Shown: positions 9,901 to 18,483, numbered from the stretch's first letter. The stretch: DNA of 29,753 nt from a virus (IMGVR_UViG_3300011335_000586:1-29753), one strand, 5' to 3'. Made by a program: numbers and translations. The notes: a model not told the origin generated them from the sequence alone.

Positions 9901-12763
9901 AGAACAAGCCGAACGCATTGTTTCTAAATGGGAAGAAGAGGCGGTTGGCGCTGCTGAAAGGCTAAAGGATTTCTTTGGAAGCGAAGCAGGCTCCGTTGGG
10001 GGAGTAGGCGGACCAAAGGGTTCTGGAAGGTATCTTAGCGGAAAGTCAAAAAAACCCGGATACTCAAACAGAGCCGAGGAAAACAGCAGAATCAATGATT
10101 TGGCGGTGGTCATTTGCGCCAAAATTGGTCGTTTTTCACTGGACCGAACCAAGACTCTGGAAACATTGCTGGTGCAGTTTGGTGACGGTGTTCGACCGTA
10201 TTTTGACAAAGCATGGAAGGCGGCGCAAAAGATCATTGGCGCGGAGGTTGCGTCCAAGCCGACAAAAGTAAAAGAAGCCATTAAGACCGGCGCAACGGCA
10301 CCGGAGAAACAGCCAAAACCACCGAAACCGCCGAAGTCCAAGGATACGCTGGTTGGCGAGGGACGCGCGGCAGTCGAAAAAGGTGAAGGACTGCACAATG
10401 TGGTGGCGCAAATCGTGGACGGGATGATCGACGCCGGGAATCGTGACCGCGCAGACATCTTCAAGCGCACGACCAAGATTGTTCAGGAGTTTATGCCGGA
10501 GGCCACGGAACGCGACGTGAACCGGGCGTATGTGGACTACGGCAAGAAGAGCTACCCGAATCCCGATGAAGCGGCGGCGTTCAAGCGCAAGACGCGGCAG
10601 GTGAAGAAAATCGGTGAGGACATAGACCGCCTGAAAGAAAAGATGCGCCCCGAATTGCAGGGGTATCAGCGCGAGAAACTGGACCTCGAATTGCGCGATC
10701 TAGTGAAGCAGCGGAGCGAACTACTGAAAGACCCGACTTTGCCGCAAGAACCGGGTGCGTTCGCATCCAAGGACGACGCCAAACAGACCCGCATCAAGAA
10801 TCGCATCGAGGAACTGGACCGTTACTTGAAAACCGGCGAGAAGCCCGTGGAGAGCAAGCCGACTCAGCCGGACAGCGCGAAAACCGAGCAGATGCGCGCC
10901 GAGAAAGAGGCGCTGGAAGCCTACGTGAAGGAAGTGGATGCCGCCAAGAATCCGCCACTGTCCGATGCTCAAAAGGCACTGGATGCCGCCATGATAGCGC
11001 GGGAGCGCGCTGGGCAGGCCTTGGACGATATTTCCACTGGCAAGGTGAAAGACCCCGCCAAGGTTAAGGAGGCGCTGACGCAACTGGAAGAGGATGTGCG
11101 TCTCGAAACCGATGCGCTCAAAGCACTTGCCGCCGAGATGCGCCGGGATGCCAAGCCAAAGGGCGATCCTGGCTATCTGAAAGAGCAGGCGCAAATCAAG
11201 GCGCTGGAACGCGCGATTGCCAGTTACGCAGACAAAGTGGCGAAAGGTGACTTGGCCGGAAAAGGCAAGGTGATGGGGCCGGACTCGCGCCGTGTCGCGC
11301 AGTTGAAGGCGATTCGTGACTCGCGCCGCGCCGCCTACAAAGCCGCGAGGGACGCAGGGAAGCCGGTGCGTTCACCCGAGGATCGCTACAACGATACGCG
11401 CCTGAACGCGATGAAGCGGCGCGAAGAGGATTTGAAAGCGCGCGCTACCCGGCAAGCCGCTGGCGACTTCTCGAAAAAGCCCAAGCCCGTCACGCCCGCG
11501 CTTCGCCGCGATGTTTTGAACAAAAAGGCGGAACTGCAAAAGATGAAGGACGAAATCGACCTTCGCCAAAAGGAGTATGAGCTAAATCAGCAACCGGCAT
11601 GGCAGAAGGGCGTCAGGGCGCTCGGTGAGGCGCGCGGAATCATCCTTGGCGGCGATCTTGGCGTCCTGACGCGGCAAGGTGCGTTTGCGTGGTCGCATCC
11701 GATCAACTCTACTGTTGGCGTTATAAAAGCGACTCAGGCAATGTTCTCGCCTGAGGCAATGGGCCGATGGGAAGTGGAGATGCGCGAGCGCGTTATTGAT
11801 GGGAAGCCTGTTGCGCCGATTCGCAAGGAAGCCGGACTGCAAACCACGGACACGATGAGTCACCCGGAAGAAATGGTGATTTCGCGCCTGCTATCACGGA
11901 TGCCGGACATCAAGATTGGCGGAAGGACGATCAAAGCGTCCGTTTTCTTCAAAGGACTGGAGCGATTCCAAACCACGTTCATCAACGATGTTCGGATGCG
12001 GACATTTGACGCAGCGGTAAAGCGCGGCCTTACACCTGAGGAATTGAAGTTGCTCGCAAACTTCATCAACAGCGCCACTGGACGGAGCAACGCCAAAATG
12101 GTCGGTCCTTGGATGTCTGCGATCTTCACGTCTCCGCGCTACGAGCGTTCGCGTTGGGAGATGATTGGTCAGCCGGTTCGTAATATCGGCGCGCTGGCTC
12201 GTTCGGGCGTAAAAGGCGAGCTAAACCGTGCGGCATTGTCGAACCTAAAAGACATGGCCGTGACGGCGGCGGGCGCTGTGGTTCTTTTCCAACTCGCCGC
12301 ATCGGCGGGAGGCTACAAGGTAAATTGGGACCCGGAATCCAGTGACTTTCTCAAAATGCGGAAAGGCGACGAGGTTTGGGACGTAACTGCCGGATTGGCT
12401 CCGCGCATCCGCGATTTGATGCGGCTTTGGGTTGGTTGGAGTCATCCTGACTACAAAGAAAATTGGATGAAGACCGGCGGAAAGATGATTCTCAGAACGA
12501 TCAATCCGGCGCTGAAAACTCCAGTGGAACAGCTTTCCATTGCCAAGCAGCGATTTGAAGGTGTGGAAAAACCAAAATCTCCATTTACAGGGTTCAAGTC
12601 TGTGGAGGAGCGCGAAGGGCTTATTACTTTAGCGCCTTTGATTATCCAAAGCATGAAACAGGCTTACGAAGAAGATGGGGTTGAAGCTGCGGTGTTTACT
12701 GGGGCGCGCGAGTTTGTTGGTTCATCGGTTGGTCGTTACCCAGAATCTAAAAATGACCGCTAA
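6944..12763 (+). CDS. Giant (1939 aa) putative internal virion / DNA-ejection protein
   Basis: N-terminal FDPDxFLA x3 repeats, Gly/Ala hydrophobic stretches at about aa 245-350, and a long charged helical core. It is nearly Cys-free. The size and architecture match large podovirus ejection or polyvalent proteins. Confidence 0.6.
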   Translation: MAFDPDVFLAEGGGTAVAEAPFDPDKFLAQDSAIFDPDAFLAGSSPVGSIATPSVNTGDYTISSAKAAPTNAVPALSPINGEWTPEVIASQNARADEFNPPTESALRERSYNEALTPFFQESQGPRRLTKAEWWASQTPRVEAFEPKTFTSELGKNDIPGAIGVAYKAARESLTGILPPTEEQILNQSVPWGTNPDGSIKYEYKPLGSRLDKTGIMTPLLETQMMPPEAGDSTMGAVGKSTFNFMAGLVNFGLSPLGIATVGLGAGTGAATRAAGFAPAGLGAEGSVAAQTAARLAATARVASGGFAIDMASAVPEQYKAATESPTLQGRIEGWLGTVSSLGFAALAAKHAAKKPLELAERQTIESVVELAKRTPDAVLETVARNMEVDVYSRNLAIAELQRRQTERQAALAPEAAAAAEAAGTALPSGTAGPPAKPNAYDGIDSQAIQDALDGKNGTIPNPTDRAAAITELERRQAKDTAAKTTEPPDPAATAVGVIKTAAAADAAGKPFSPRIEEPGTPTPYGRETDVYDITTGLQRKPTPAAPAALEVATPVAPVPESVVSPKPKGPEPTIQQSLNEALEVSGDLPSAWENLDNQVKALENNETNKAAIKRLNAAKRKIANTLEEESRRAEIEQLEVEQNKGYELLSSIKQLGGLPTLGEKGRYATGELKRIAETSKGAFLSFFRKGAKSLDQLRESLNERGFDFETPEQMLMAIEDSLATNKKQYSSQFPEGYVGGGGAMGPVERAYQDASRKIFQSAQEPIQQRRVEEQRGDREEWLRRSDPERMAEAESIMERDPQAGQKLVDSINAGETKSATDVQELILARELIDQYAARDAAAERLADPDPTIPPTERAFFEKEFNAANERIGKTEDASDKTGSEKGAGFRMRRMMIADDYSLRGLSRRERKMKGRDLTPEEIEALRKESNAIKKKQEEIDSVVEKESKEQEEAAVDSVLAAAIADREAQKSEAQKSGNLPYNQKVLEQAERIVSKWEEEAVGAAERLKDFFGSEAGSVGGVGGPKGSGRYLSGKSKKPGYSNRAEENSRINDLAVVICAKIGRFSLDRTKTLETLLVQFGDGVRPYFDKAWKAAQKIIGAEVASKPTKVKEAIKTGATAPEKQPKPPKPPKSKDTLVGEGRAAVEKGEGLHNVVAQIVDGMIDAGNRDRADIFKRTTKIVQEFMPEATERDVNRAYVDYGKKSYPNPDEAAAFKRKTRQVKKIGEDIDRLKEKMRPELQGYQREKLDLELRDLVKQRSELLKDPTLPQEPGAFASKDDAKQTRIKNRIEELDRYLKTGEKPVESKPTQPDSAKTEQMRAEKEALEAYVKEVDAAKNPPLSDAQKALDAAMIARERAGQALDDISTGKVKDPAKVKEALTQLEEDVRLETDALKALAAEMRRDAKPKGDPGYLKEQAQIKALERAIASYADKVAKGDLAGKGKVMGPDSRRVAQLKAIRDSRRAAYKAARDAGKPVRSPEDRYNDTRLNAMKRREEDLKARATRQAAGDFSKKPKPVTPALRRDVLNKKAELQKMKDEIDLRQKEYELNQQPAWQKGVRALGEARGIILGGDLGVLTRQGAFAWSHPINSTVGVIKATQAMFSPEAMGRWEVEMRERVIDGKPVAPIRKEAGLQTTDTMSHPEEMVISRLLSRMPDIKIGGRTIKASVFFKGLERFQTTFINDVRMRTFDAAVKRGLTPEELKLLANFINSATGRSNAKMVGPWMSAIFTSPRYERSRWEMIGQPVRNIGALARSGVKGELNRAALSNLKDMAVTAAGAVVLFQLAASAGGYKVNWDPESSDFLKMRKGDEVWDVTAGLAPRIRDLMRLWVGWSHPDYKENWMKTGGKMILRTINPALKTPVEQLSIAKQRFEGVEKPKSPFTGFKSVEEREGLITLAPLIIQSMKQAYEEDGVEAAVFTGAREFVGSSVGRYPESKNDR
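6950..7069 (+). repeat. Three FDPDxFLA peptide repeats
   Basis: FDPDVFLA, FDPDKFLA and FDPDAFLA begin at about 6950, 7007 and 7046. Confidence 0.9.
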
Positions 12764-15470
12764 AGCCAAGCCCGCGCCGCGCATTAGTTACGACAACTTT
12801 GCGTTGCCTCCCGGTTATGAGCCGTGGCACCTGTGCCTGACCAAGTTTGGACTTGGTAAAGGCGAGGAAAAGCTAAAATGGTTTAAACGTCTTGTTACTG
12901 AGCTTTGGCCGGAACCGCTATTCATGTGGGACAGGTGGAGCGACCTGTTCTTTGGCGCGTTGTGCGGGGCAAAGGAAACTGTGGAGTCTACTATTGGCGC
13001 AAAGATTGAATCTGATTATCCGTGGTGGGAGCAATTAACAGCTACAGGAGCCGCTGGGTGTATTGACGCAAAAACACGAATCCTTGACCCAACCACAGGA
13101 GAATCGCCGACCGTTGAAGAACGCTACAAAATCGGAAAGCCATCATGGGTGATGACGCTTGGCGGGCCGGTTTTGGCTGACGTTCCATTTATCAAGGGAA
13201 CAGCGGAACTGTTTGAGGTTGCGCTGGATGACGGATCGAAATTTACGGCCACCGCAAATCACCGGGTTCTTACACCGGATGGATACAGGTTTGTTTCCGA
13301 GCTTTCCGTTGGCTCACCGCTGTTAGGATACGAGCCTTCCCGTCCTCAGACCACTTTGGACATTGACCGCGCAGTTCATCGCGAAGATGCGCTCCATTGC
13401 TTTGGTAAAGCTCAAGATTCTCAATCCGGTTATCGTCCTTCTTTTTGTTCCGGTGGTGGACGACCTCCGTCTTCAGAAGCGGACGCCCAAGATGTTCCGA
13501 CATCACAAGTCGATGTTCAAGAACGTATCTCTTACTCATCCTTGTCGCCATCGGATGACCCGGTTTGTAAAGAAGAACGTAACCATCCTTATCAATCACG
13601 CGACCCCCGTTCCATGTGGAGCACCTATCGCCCTTCCACGAAGTTGGAAAAATCCGAGTCTCTCCATTCCTGCGAAGAAATAGAGATACGCGAGTGTCTG
13701 TTGTCCCAATCGCTTTGCCAATCTGGCTCAAGGAGCAGCCCTTCGCGTTCATCTCAAAAACAAGGGCGCGATTCTTTTCACAGGCACCAAGCGGGCCATG
13801 TCGAGGAGCAGGAATTTCATTCATGCGTTGGCTATACAGTGCGACTGAGACTGGTGCAAGCAATAACGGAGGTTGGAAGCAAGATTTATTACGATCTGAC
13901 AGTACCGGAGCAGCACCACTATTTTGCAGAAGGGGCAATCCACCATAATACAGGGAAAAGTTCTAGGGCCGCGTTATGGGTTCTTTGTAACTGGCTGTGC
14001 GCCCGCGAGCATACAACCTGTATGTTGACCTCAACCAGCGTCACTGCTCTTAAGCAGCGTATCTGGAGCGAGCTGGTGGACTGGATACAGAAGTGTAAAC
14101 AGCCATTGTCAGACCCTACCATTGGCTGGCTACAAATTGTTCCATCCGACACCATTATACGGTGGAGTGGTGAGGATACAAAGAGCGCCATATTTGGGCG
14201 TGCAGTCGATCAGGGCGGTTCCGTTGATAACGCGGTTGGACGCATCAAAGGCATTCACAATCGCCGCGTGTTTGTTGTTACGGATGAAATGACTGCTATG
14301 CCAGAGGCTATTGCCAAAGCATGTCGTAACTTGGATTCCGGGACAATGGAGTTCCAGTTTATTGGGCTAGGTAACGCCACTGACTATTCTGACCAACACG
14401 GGATTTACTGTGAACCGGTGGACGGCTGGAACAGCGTTACGGTTAATGACGAGTTCTGGTTGACCAAGCTAGGCGGTTGTTGCGTGCATTTAGATGGTCA
14501 CAAGTCGCCGTCATTGGACAATCCGGCCAAGTATCACTTTTACATTGGGCGCAAGAAACTAGAAAAGGATGCGCGATTCTTTGGCGGCGAGAACACCCCT
14601 GACTACTGGCGCGAGTGCCGAGGCTTTTGGGCTCCTTCTGGTTTGTCCACAACGGTCATGGATGCGTTCCTGCTGTCGCAGTTCAATACATCTGACAAAG
14701 CCATGTGGAAATCACGCTGGGAGATGGGCGCTGGCTTTGACGTAGCATTTGAAGGTGGCGACAGGCGCGTGCTTTACCCATTCAAGTTTGGCGAGTTTGC
14801 CAACGGAGTTAAGGGCATTGAATTTCAAGCCCCAGTCATCGTGAACATTGACATGACTCAGGACAAACGGTTCATCCACTACGGCATTGCTGCTGCCGTT
14901 GAAGAGACATGCCGGAACTACAAGATTGACGGCAAACCGCATCCAATCTTGCCGCACAACTTGGCGTGTGACGTTACCGGTGAAGGTGCTGGACCGTTTG
15001 GCATTATGTCAGGAAGCTGGTCGCGGGACATTATTCCAGTGGAGTTTGGTGGAGCAGCCGAAAAGACGGCAGTATCCGCAGACCGACCAACAACGTGGCA
15101 TGAGCTTTACGGCAACAAAGTTACCGAGATTTGGTATTCGATGCGTCGATTCATTGAAGGCGGACAGGTGAGAGGGCTTACCGACGCCGATACAATCCGC
15201 GAGTTGACTTCCCGTGATTACGTCCGAAAGGGCAACAAGACGCATGTGCTGCCCAAGAGCGAGATGAAGAAGCTAAAGTCCCGCAGTCCCGATTTAGCGG
15301 ATGCGGCTTGCATTGCCGCGTTTGTGCTTCGCAAAAAAGGGATTATGCCAGCAAGCGTAGCGGACAATGTGGTAATAGACTCAAGTGCATGGAACGCGGC
15401 GGCTGAAAAAATGAACATGGAAGGAAATGAATCGGACTACGAAGATTCAACGTCGGCTTTTGCAATATGA
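12753..15470 (+). CDS. terL: Terminase large subunit, intein-containing
   Basis: Removing the intein restores Walker A GAAG/TGKS. Other motifs are Walker B VFVVTDE, coupling motif GLGNA, and RNase H-like nuclease motifs GFDVA, DVTGEG and SPDLADA. Likely start is ATG 12753, an 11-nt overlap with the upstream gene. Confidence 0.92.
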   Translation: MTAKAKPAPRISYDNFALPPGYEPWHLCLTKFGLGKGEEKLKWFKRLVTELWPEPLFMWDRWSDLFFGALCGAKETVESTIGAKIESDYPWWEQLTATGAAGCIDAKTRILDPTTGESPTVEERYKIGKPSWVMTLGGPVLADVPFIKGTAELFEVALDDGSKFTATANHRVLTPDGYRFVSELSVGSPLLGYEPSRPQTTLDIDRAVHREDALHCFGKAQDSQSGYRPSFCSGGGRPPSSEADAQDVPTSQVDVQERISYSSLSPSDDPVCKEERNHPYQSRDPRSMWSTYRPSTKLEKSESLHSCEEIEIRECLLSQSLCQSGSRSSPSRSSQKQGRDSFHRHQAGHVEEQEFHSCVGYTVRLRLVQAITEVGSKIYYDLTVPEQHHYFAEGAIHHNTGKSSRAALWVLCNWLCAREHTTCMLTSTSVTALKQRIWSELVDWIQKCKQPLSDPTIGWLQIVPSDTIIRWSGEDTKSAIFGRAVDQGGSVDNAVGRIKGIHNRRVFVVTDEMTAMPEAIAKACRNLDSGTMEFQFIGLGNATDYSDQHGIYCEPVDGWNSVTVNDEFWLTKLGGCCVHLDGHKSPSLDNPAKYHFYIGRKKLEKDARFFGGENTPDYWRECRGFWAPSGLSTTVMDAFLLSQFNTSDKAMWKSRWEMGAGFDVAFEGGDRRVLYPFKFGEFANGVKGIEFQAPVIVNIDMTQDKRFIHYGIAAAVEETCRNYKIDGKPHPILPHNLACDVTGEGAGPFGIMSGSWSRDIIPVEFGGAAEKTAVSADRPTTWHELYGNKVTEIWYSMRRFIEGGQVRGLTDADTIRELTSRDYVRKGNKTHVLPKSEMKKLKSRSPDLADAACIAAFVLRKKGIMPASVADNVVIDSSAWNAAAEKMNMEGNESDYEDSTSAFAI
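13270..13824 (-). CDS. HNH homing endonuclease with N-terminal HTH, antisense inside the intein
   Basis: WNGGRVIDKDGYVLLYKPGHP...YVLEHRLVMSEHLGRPLLKTEVVHHRNKKKDDNRIENLEL is the phage HNH_3-type signature. The N-terminus KGCSLSQIGKAIGTTDTRVSLFLRRNG is HTH-like. ATG 13824 gives 184 aa. Confidence 0.9.
   Translation of the reverse strand: MNEIPAPRHGPLGACEKNRALVFEMNAKGCSLSQIGKAIGTTDTRVSLFLRRNGETRIFPTSWKGDRCSTWNGGRVIDKDGYVLLYKPGHPMATRMSKRYVLEHRLVMSEHLGRPLLKTEVVHHRNKKKDDNRIENLELYQSNGAHLRDELRGQCPKWSEDGKARILTAVSQRKARKQTCIHPV
13831..13859 (-). promoter_or_regulatory. Putative sigma70-like promoter for the antisense HNH gene
   Basis: The minus strand reads TTGCAC (13859-13854), a 17-nt spacer, TATAGC (13836-13831), 6 nt, then ATG (13824). 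Confidence 0.55.
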
Positions 15471-16102
15471 ATGAAATGACCCTAACCAACAAAACAATGG
15501 TGCCGCCTGGGGGATACCCGTTTAAGCACCCAGTTACCGGCCACAATTTTAATAGTGGCACATACTCGCTATTGCTTGGGCAAGTTCGTGACTACTGCAC
15601 CGCCAATGGTTTTCCGCCGATTGACGAATTGGACATCGAGCAATACATCTGCGAGCAGCTTGGAGCAAAGACAGCCCGCCGTTTTTGTTCTGGTGACGGC
15701 ATTTCGGTTAATGGAGTTGATCTAGACTGGCGCGATATATGGAACGGCACAAAGGTTATGGCGTCATTTATTGCTGGTGGACGCCAAACGGTGGATCGCG
15801 CCGAGGCTGAACGGCGTGCCGCCATCTGTTTCCTGTGCAGCAGGAACGCTAAATACTCTAGGCCATGTGGCGGCGACTGCACAGAGCTTGCAGAGTTGGT
15901 TGTTTCCATCGTTGGCGGTGAAGGAACATCCATAGATTTAGACCTTCACGCTTGTTCGGTGTGCAAATGTAGCAACAAAGCACAGGTCTGGGTGCCGATT
16001 GAGCATCTAAAACGTGGTGTGACATCGGAAATGATGGGGTTTTTCCCACAAAAATGCTGGAAGAAACAAGAAATTGAGGCGCTGGACGTAGAAACAAATT
16101 GA
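15467..16102 (+). CDS. Cys-rich, putative metal-binding hypothetical protein
   Basis: ATGA overlap with terL. It has 11 Cys, including RRAAICFLC, CGGDC, CSVCKC and PQKCW. Confidence 0.7.
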   Translation: MNEMTLTNKTMVPPGGYPFKHPVTGHNFNSGTYSLLLGQVRDYCTANGFPPIDELDIEQYICEQLGAKTARRFCSGDGISVNGVDLDWRDIWNGTKVMASFIAGGRQTVDRAEAERRAAICFLCSRNAKYSRPCGGDCTELAELVVSIVGGEGTSIDLDLHACSVCKCSNKAQVWVPIEHLKRGVTSEMMGFFPQKCWKKQEIEALDVETN

Positions 16103-16127
16103 CTATTTACGTAAATAACGTAAAAAC
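16099..16127 (+). promoter_or_regulatory. Promoter-like motif upstream of portal
   Basis: TTGACT-N16-TAAAAAC, overlapping the perfect palindrome TATTTACGTAAATA. It matches the motifs at 4182-4154 (-) and 25352-25381. Confidence 0.55.
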
Positions 16128-16137
16128 CCATTCACAG

Positions 16138-18483
16138 ATGTATAACCAAGAGACTCCAGACGGAAAACTTGCTGACCTAACCGAGTCCGGTGAGGTGGTA
16201 AAATCTCGCGTCTCGGACCCCAAGCACGCGTTAAAAATCTGTCAGCGATTTGTCAATGACGACAGGCTGCGAGCCGCTCGTCGCGCCAAAGTTCAAGGCG
16301 CATTTGACGGCAATGCACCAAAGGCGCAGAACGATCTTGTTCGGGCCGGGCGCGGCAACGATTCCAATCTAAACTTTAAGCGGCATCGCGGGAACATTAT
16401 GAACGCTTGGACGCCGTTCTTCGACATGGTATGCGAGGTTCCTTTGTGCATTGACGGCGATTTGGAATATGCCGACTCGGCACAAGACGCAGAGTTGATG
16501 CGTGGATTTTCTGAGTATTTTCACAGCATGGTCTTCAACTGGCGTGGGTTTGATGACATGAGTCAGCTTTGCGATTTGCAGATGCTCCTGCATGGCCCTG
16601 GCATTTTGGCGTGGGAAGACTCCTTGGACTGGCGACCAAAGGCAATTCTTGCTGGAAACATCTACTTTCCAGACGGCACCGAGCTTTCCTTGGACAACTG
16701 CGAGATGGCGATGGTCTTTACGCCAATGAGCGCCGGACAGCTTTGGCGCAAGATTGAGGACGAGAAAGCGGCAACGGCAGCGGGCTGGAATGTTGAGGCA
16801 GTGAAGTCCGTCATCATGGACAGCGCCAACAACAACAGCGATGCCTATGGTTGGAATCGCGATTGGCAGAGATGGAATCAAGCGTTCAAGAACGGCGACA
16901 TCTATGTGACGCAAACGCAGACCAAGCGAATCTCGCTTTATACGTTGTTTGTTGAGGAAATGGACGGAACAATTTCTCAAAAGATTGTTCCTGCAAAAGA
17001 TGGGGTGGCAGATTATGCGTTTATTTTTGACAGCGAAAGCAAGTATGAGGGGTGGGATCAGTGCATTTGCTTGTTCCCTTACGACATCGGGGCAGACGGA
17101 ACGTATCATTCCATCAAGGGACTAGGCACGGACATCTATCCGTTCTGTGCATTGCTCAACCAGATCGACAACAGCATTGCCGACCTTGTGGTGACCGGCA
17201 TCAAGCCAATGTGGCAACCAACCACAAATTCCAAGCTGGAAGATTTCAAGATGGTCAAATGGGGTGGTGGTAATTTCATCCCTAACGGCATCAATCCGCT
17301 TCAGTTAAACATGAGTCAGGGGATCAATCCTGCACTGCAAGTTTCTGCTGCCTTTACGCAAACGCTAGTTCAGAACACGGCGGCATCTAGCCAGCAAGAT
17401 TTGGGCGCTCCTACCGTGGAAGAAACCGCTAAGGGAGCAATGATTCGCGCAGCCGAACGCGCAAAGATTTCCAAGGGTCTGTATAACCGCTACATGCGGT
17501 GCAAGGATCGCCAGTATTCGGAAATGTGGCGCAGGGCGACAAACCCCAATTTGAAGTCGTATCATCCAGGCGCAAAAGAAGCGTTAAAGTTTCAAGAGCG
17601 GTGCTATAAGCTTTGCGACAAACTTGGAGTTGAGCGCGAAGCATTGCAGGCTGTTACGAATATCCGCGCCAATCGCTCGCTAGGACTCGGAAGCGCAGCG
17701 ATGCGTATTGAAATTGTCAATCAGTTGATGGCAAACATTGATCGTTTTGATGAAGTTGGACAAAACGAAATTAAACGTCAGTTTGTTTCTGTGATGACAA
17801 GTTACCACAGTGTTGACTCAATTATTCCAAGCCTGACAACCGGGCGAGACATCACAAACGATTCCGCTCTGGCCGCGCAGGAGGACAACGGTTTCTCCAT
17901 GTTGGGCGAGGAAGCCGAGGCAATGGTAGCGCCAAGACAGAATCACGTTCTCCATCTGGAGGTCCACATTCCTTCTATGCAAAAAGACATGGAAATGTGT
18001 CAGGCTGGACAACAGGAACCAGAGGAATGCTACAAGCGCCTGAGCGCAAAAGGCAAACACGCGGAAGAGCATATTGCAAAATTGGCCGTAAATCCGACGC
18101 GCCAAAAAGAATACAGGGCTTTTAATGGCGCTATGGATGAGTTGTCTGCATTCAAGGATGAGATTCAAGCCTTGCTGGAACAGCAAGAAGAAGACGCACC
18201 GCCTCCTCCCGATCAGCCGACGCCGGAGATGGCAAAGGTCCAGGGCAATCTGGCAATCAAATCGCAGAAGGAACAATCGACAATGGCGCTTCGTGAACAG
18301 AAGCAACAGTTTGAACAGCAGATGAAATTGCAACAGGCGCAATTTGACAAGGCGTTGGCAGACGCCAAGGTGGCAGCAGACATCAATCGTTCTACAGCAG
18401 AAAGTCGCGCTTATACCGCGATGGATATGGAAAAACGAAAACCAAAAATTGAAATAACCGAAGAACCGATGAGCAATGAATAA
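16138..18483 (+). CDS. Portal protein (putative)
   Basis: About 780 aa, lying between terminase and scaffold, with a C-terminal Gln-rich coiled coil like P22-type portals. The start is reassigned to ATG 16138. Confidence 0.7.
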   Translation: MYNQETPDGKLADLTESGEVVKSRVSDPKHALKICQRFVNDDRLRAARRAKVQGAFDGNAPKAQNDLVRAGRGNDSNLNFKRHRGNIMNAWTPFFDMVCEVPLCIDGDLEYADSAQDAELMRGFSEYFHSMVFNWRGFDDMSQLCDLQMLLHGPGILAWEDSLDWRPKAILAGNIYFPDGTELSLDNCEMAMVFTPMSAGQLWRKIEDEKAATAAGWNVEAVKSVIMDSANNNSDAYGWNRDWQRWNQAFKNGDIYVTQTQTKRISLYTLFVEEMDGTISQKIVPAKDGVADYAFIFDSESKYEGWDQCICLFPYDIGADGTYHSIKGLGTDIYPFCALLNQIDNSIADLVVTGIKPMWQPTTNSKLEDFKMVKWGGGNFIPNGINPLQLNMSQGINPALQVSAAFTQTLVQNTAASSQQDLGAPTVEETAKGAMIRAAERAKISKGLYNRYMRCKDRQYSEMWRRATNPNLKSYHPGAKEALKFQERCYKLCDKLGVEREALQAVTNIRANRSLGLGSAAMRIEIVNQLMANIDRFDEVGQNEIKRQFVSVMTSYHSVDSIIPSLTTGRDITNDSALAAQEDNGFSMLGEEAEAMVAPRQNHVLHLEVHIPSMQKDMEMCQAGQQEPEECYKRLSAKGKHAEEHIAKLAVNPTRQKEYRAFNGAMDELSAFKDEIQALLEQQEEDAPPPPDQPTPEMAKVQGNLAIKSQKEQSTMALREQKQQFEQQMKLQQAQFDKALADAKVAADINRSTAESRAYTAMDMEKRKPKIEITEEPMSNE

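Larger units (their letters stand above)
13059..13949 (+). mobile_element. Intein (297 aa) inserted in the terminase P-loop
   Basis: Block A CIDAKTRIL (Cys1 at 13059), block B FTATANHRVLT, block F YYDLTVPEQHHYFAEG and block G IHHN, followed by +1 Thr. The central ~165 aa are low-complexity with no LAGLIDADG or HNH motif in frame. Confidence 0.95.

Noticed and set aside
7438-12654. Many minus-strand ORFs up to 278 aa opposite the giant protein
   Set aside because: They are antisense shadows of a biased-codon gene (Ser/Ala/Phe-rich mirror composition) with no domain motifs, unlike the HNH case.
13825-13938. Longer 222-aa version of the HNH ORF
   Set aside because: The extra 38 codons overlap the conserved intein blocks F and G and begin at a TTG. 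The promoter-like element points to ATG 13824.
13363-13948. Additional plus-strand ORFs inside the intein (13363-13683, 13616-13948)
   Set aside because: They have no recognisable motifs and are best explained as shadows of the HNH and intein frames.
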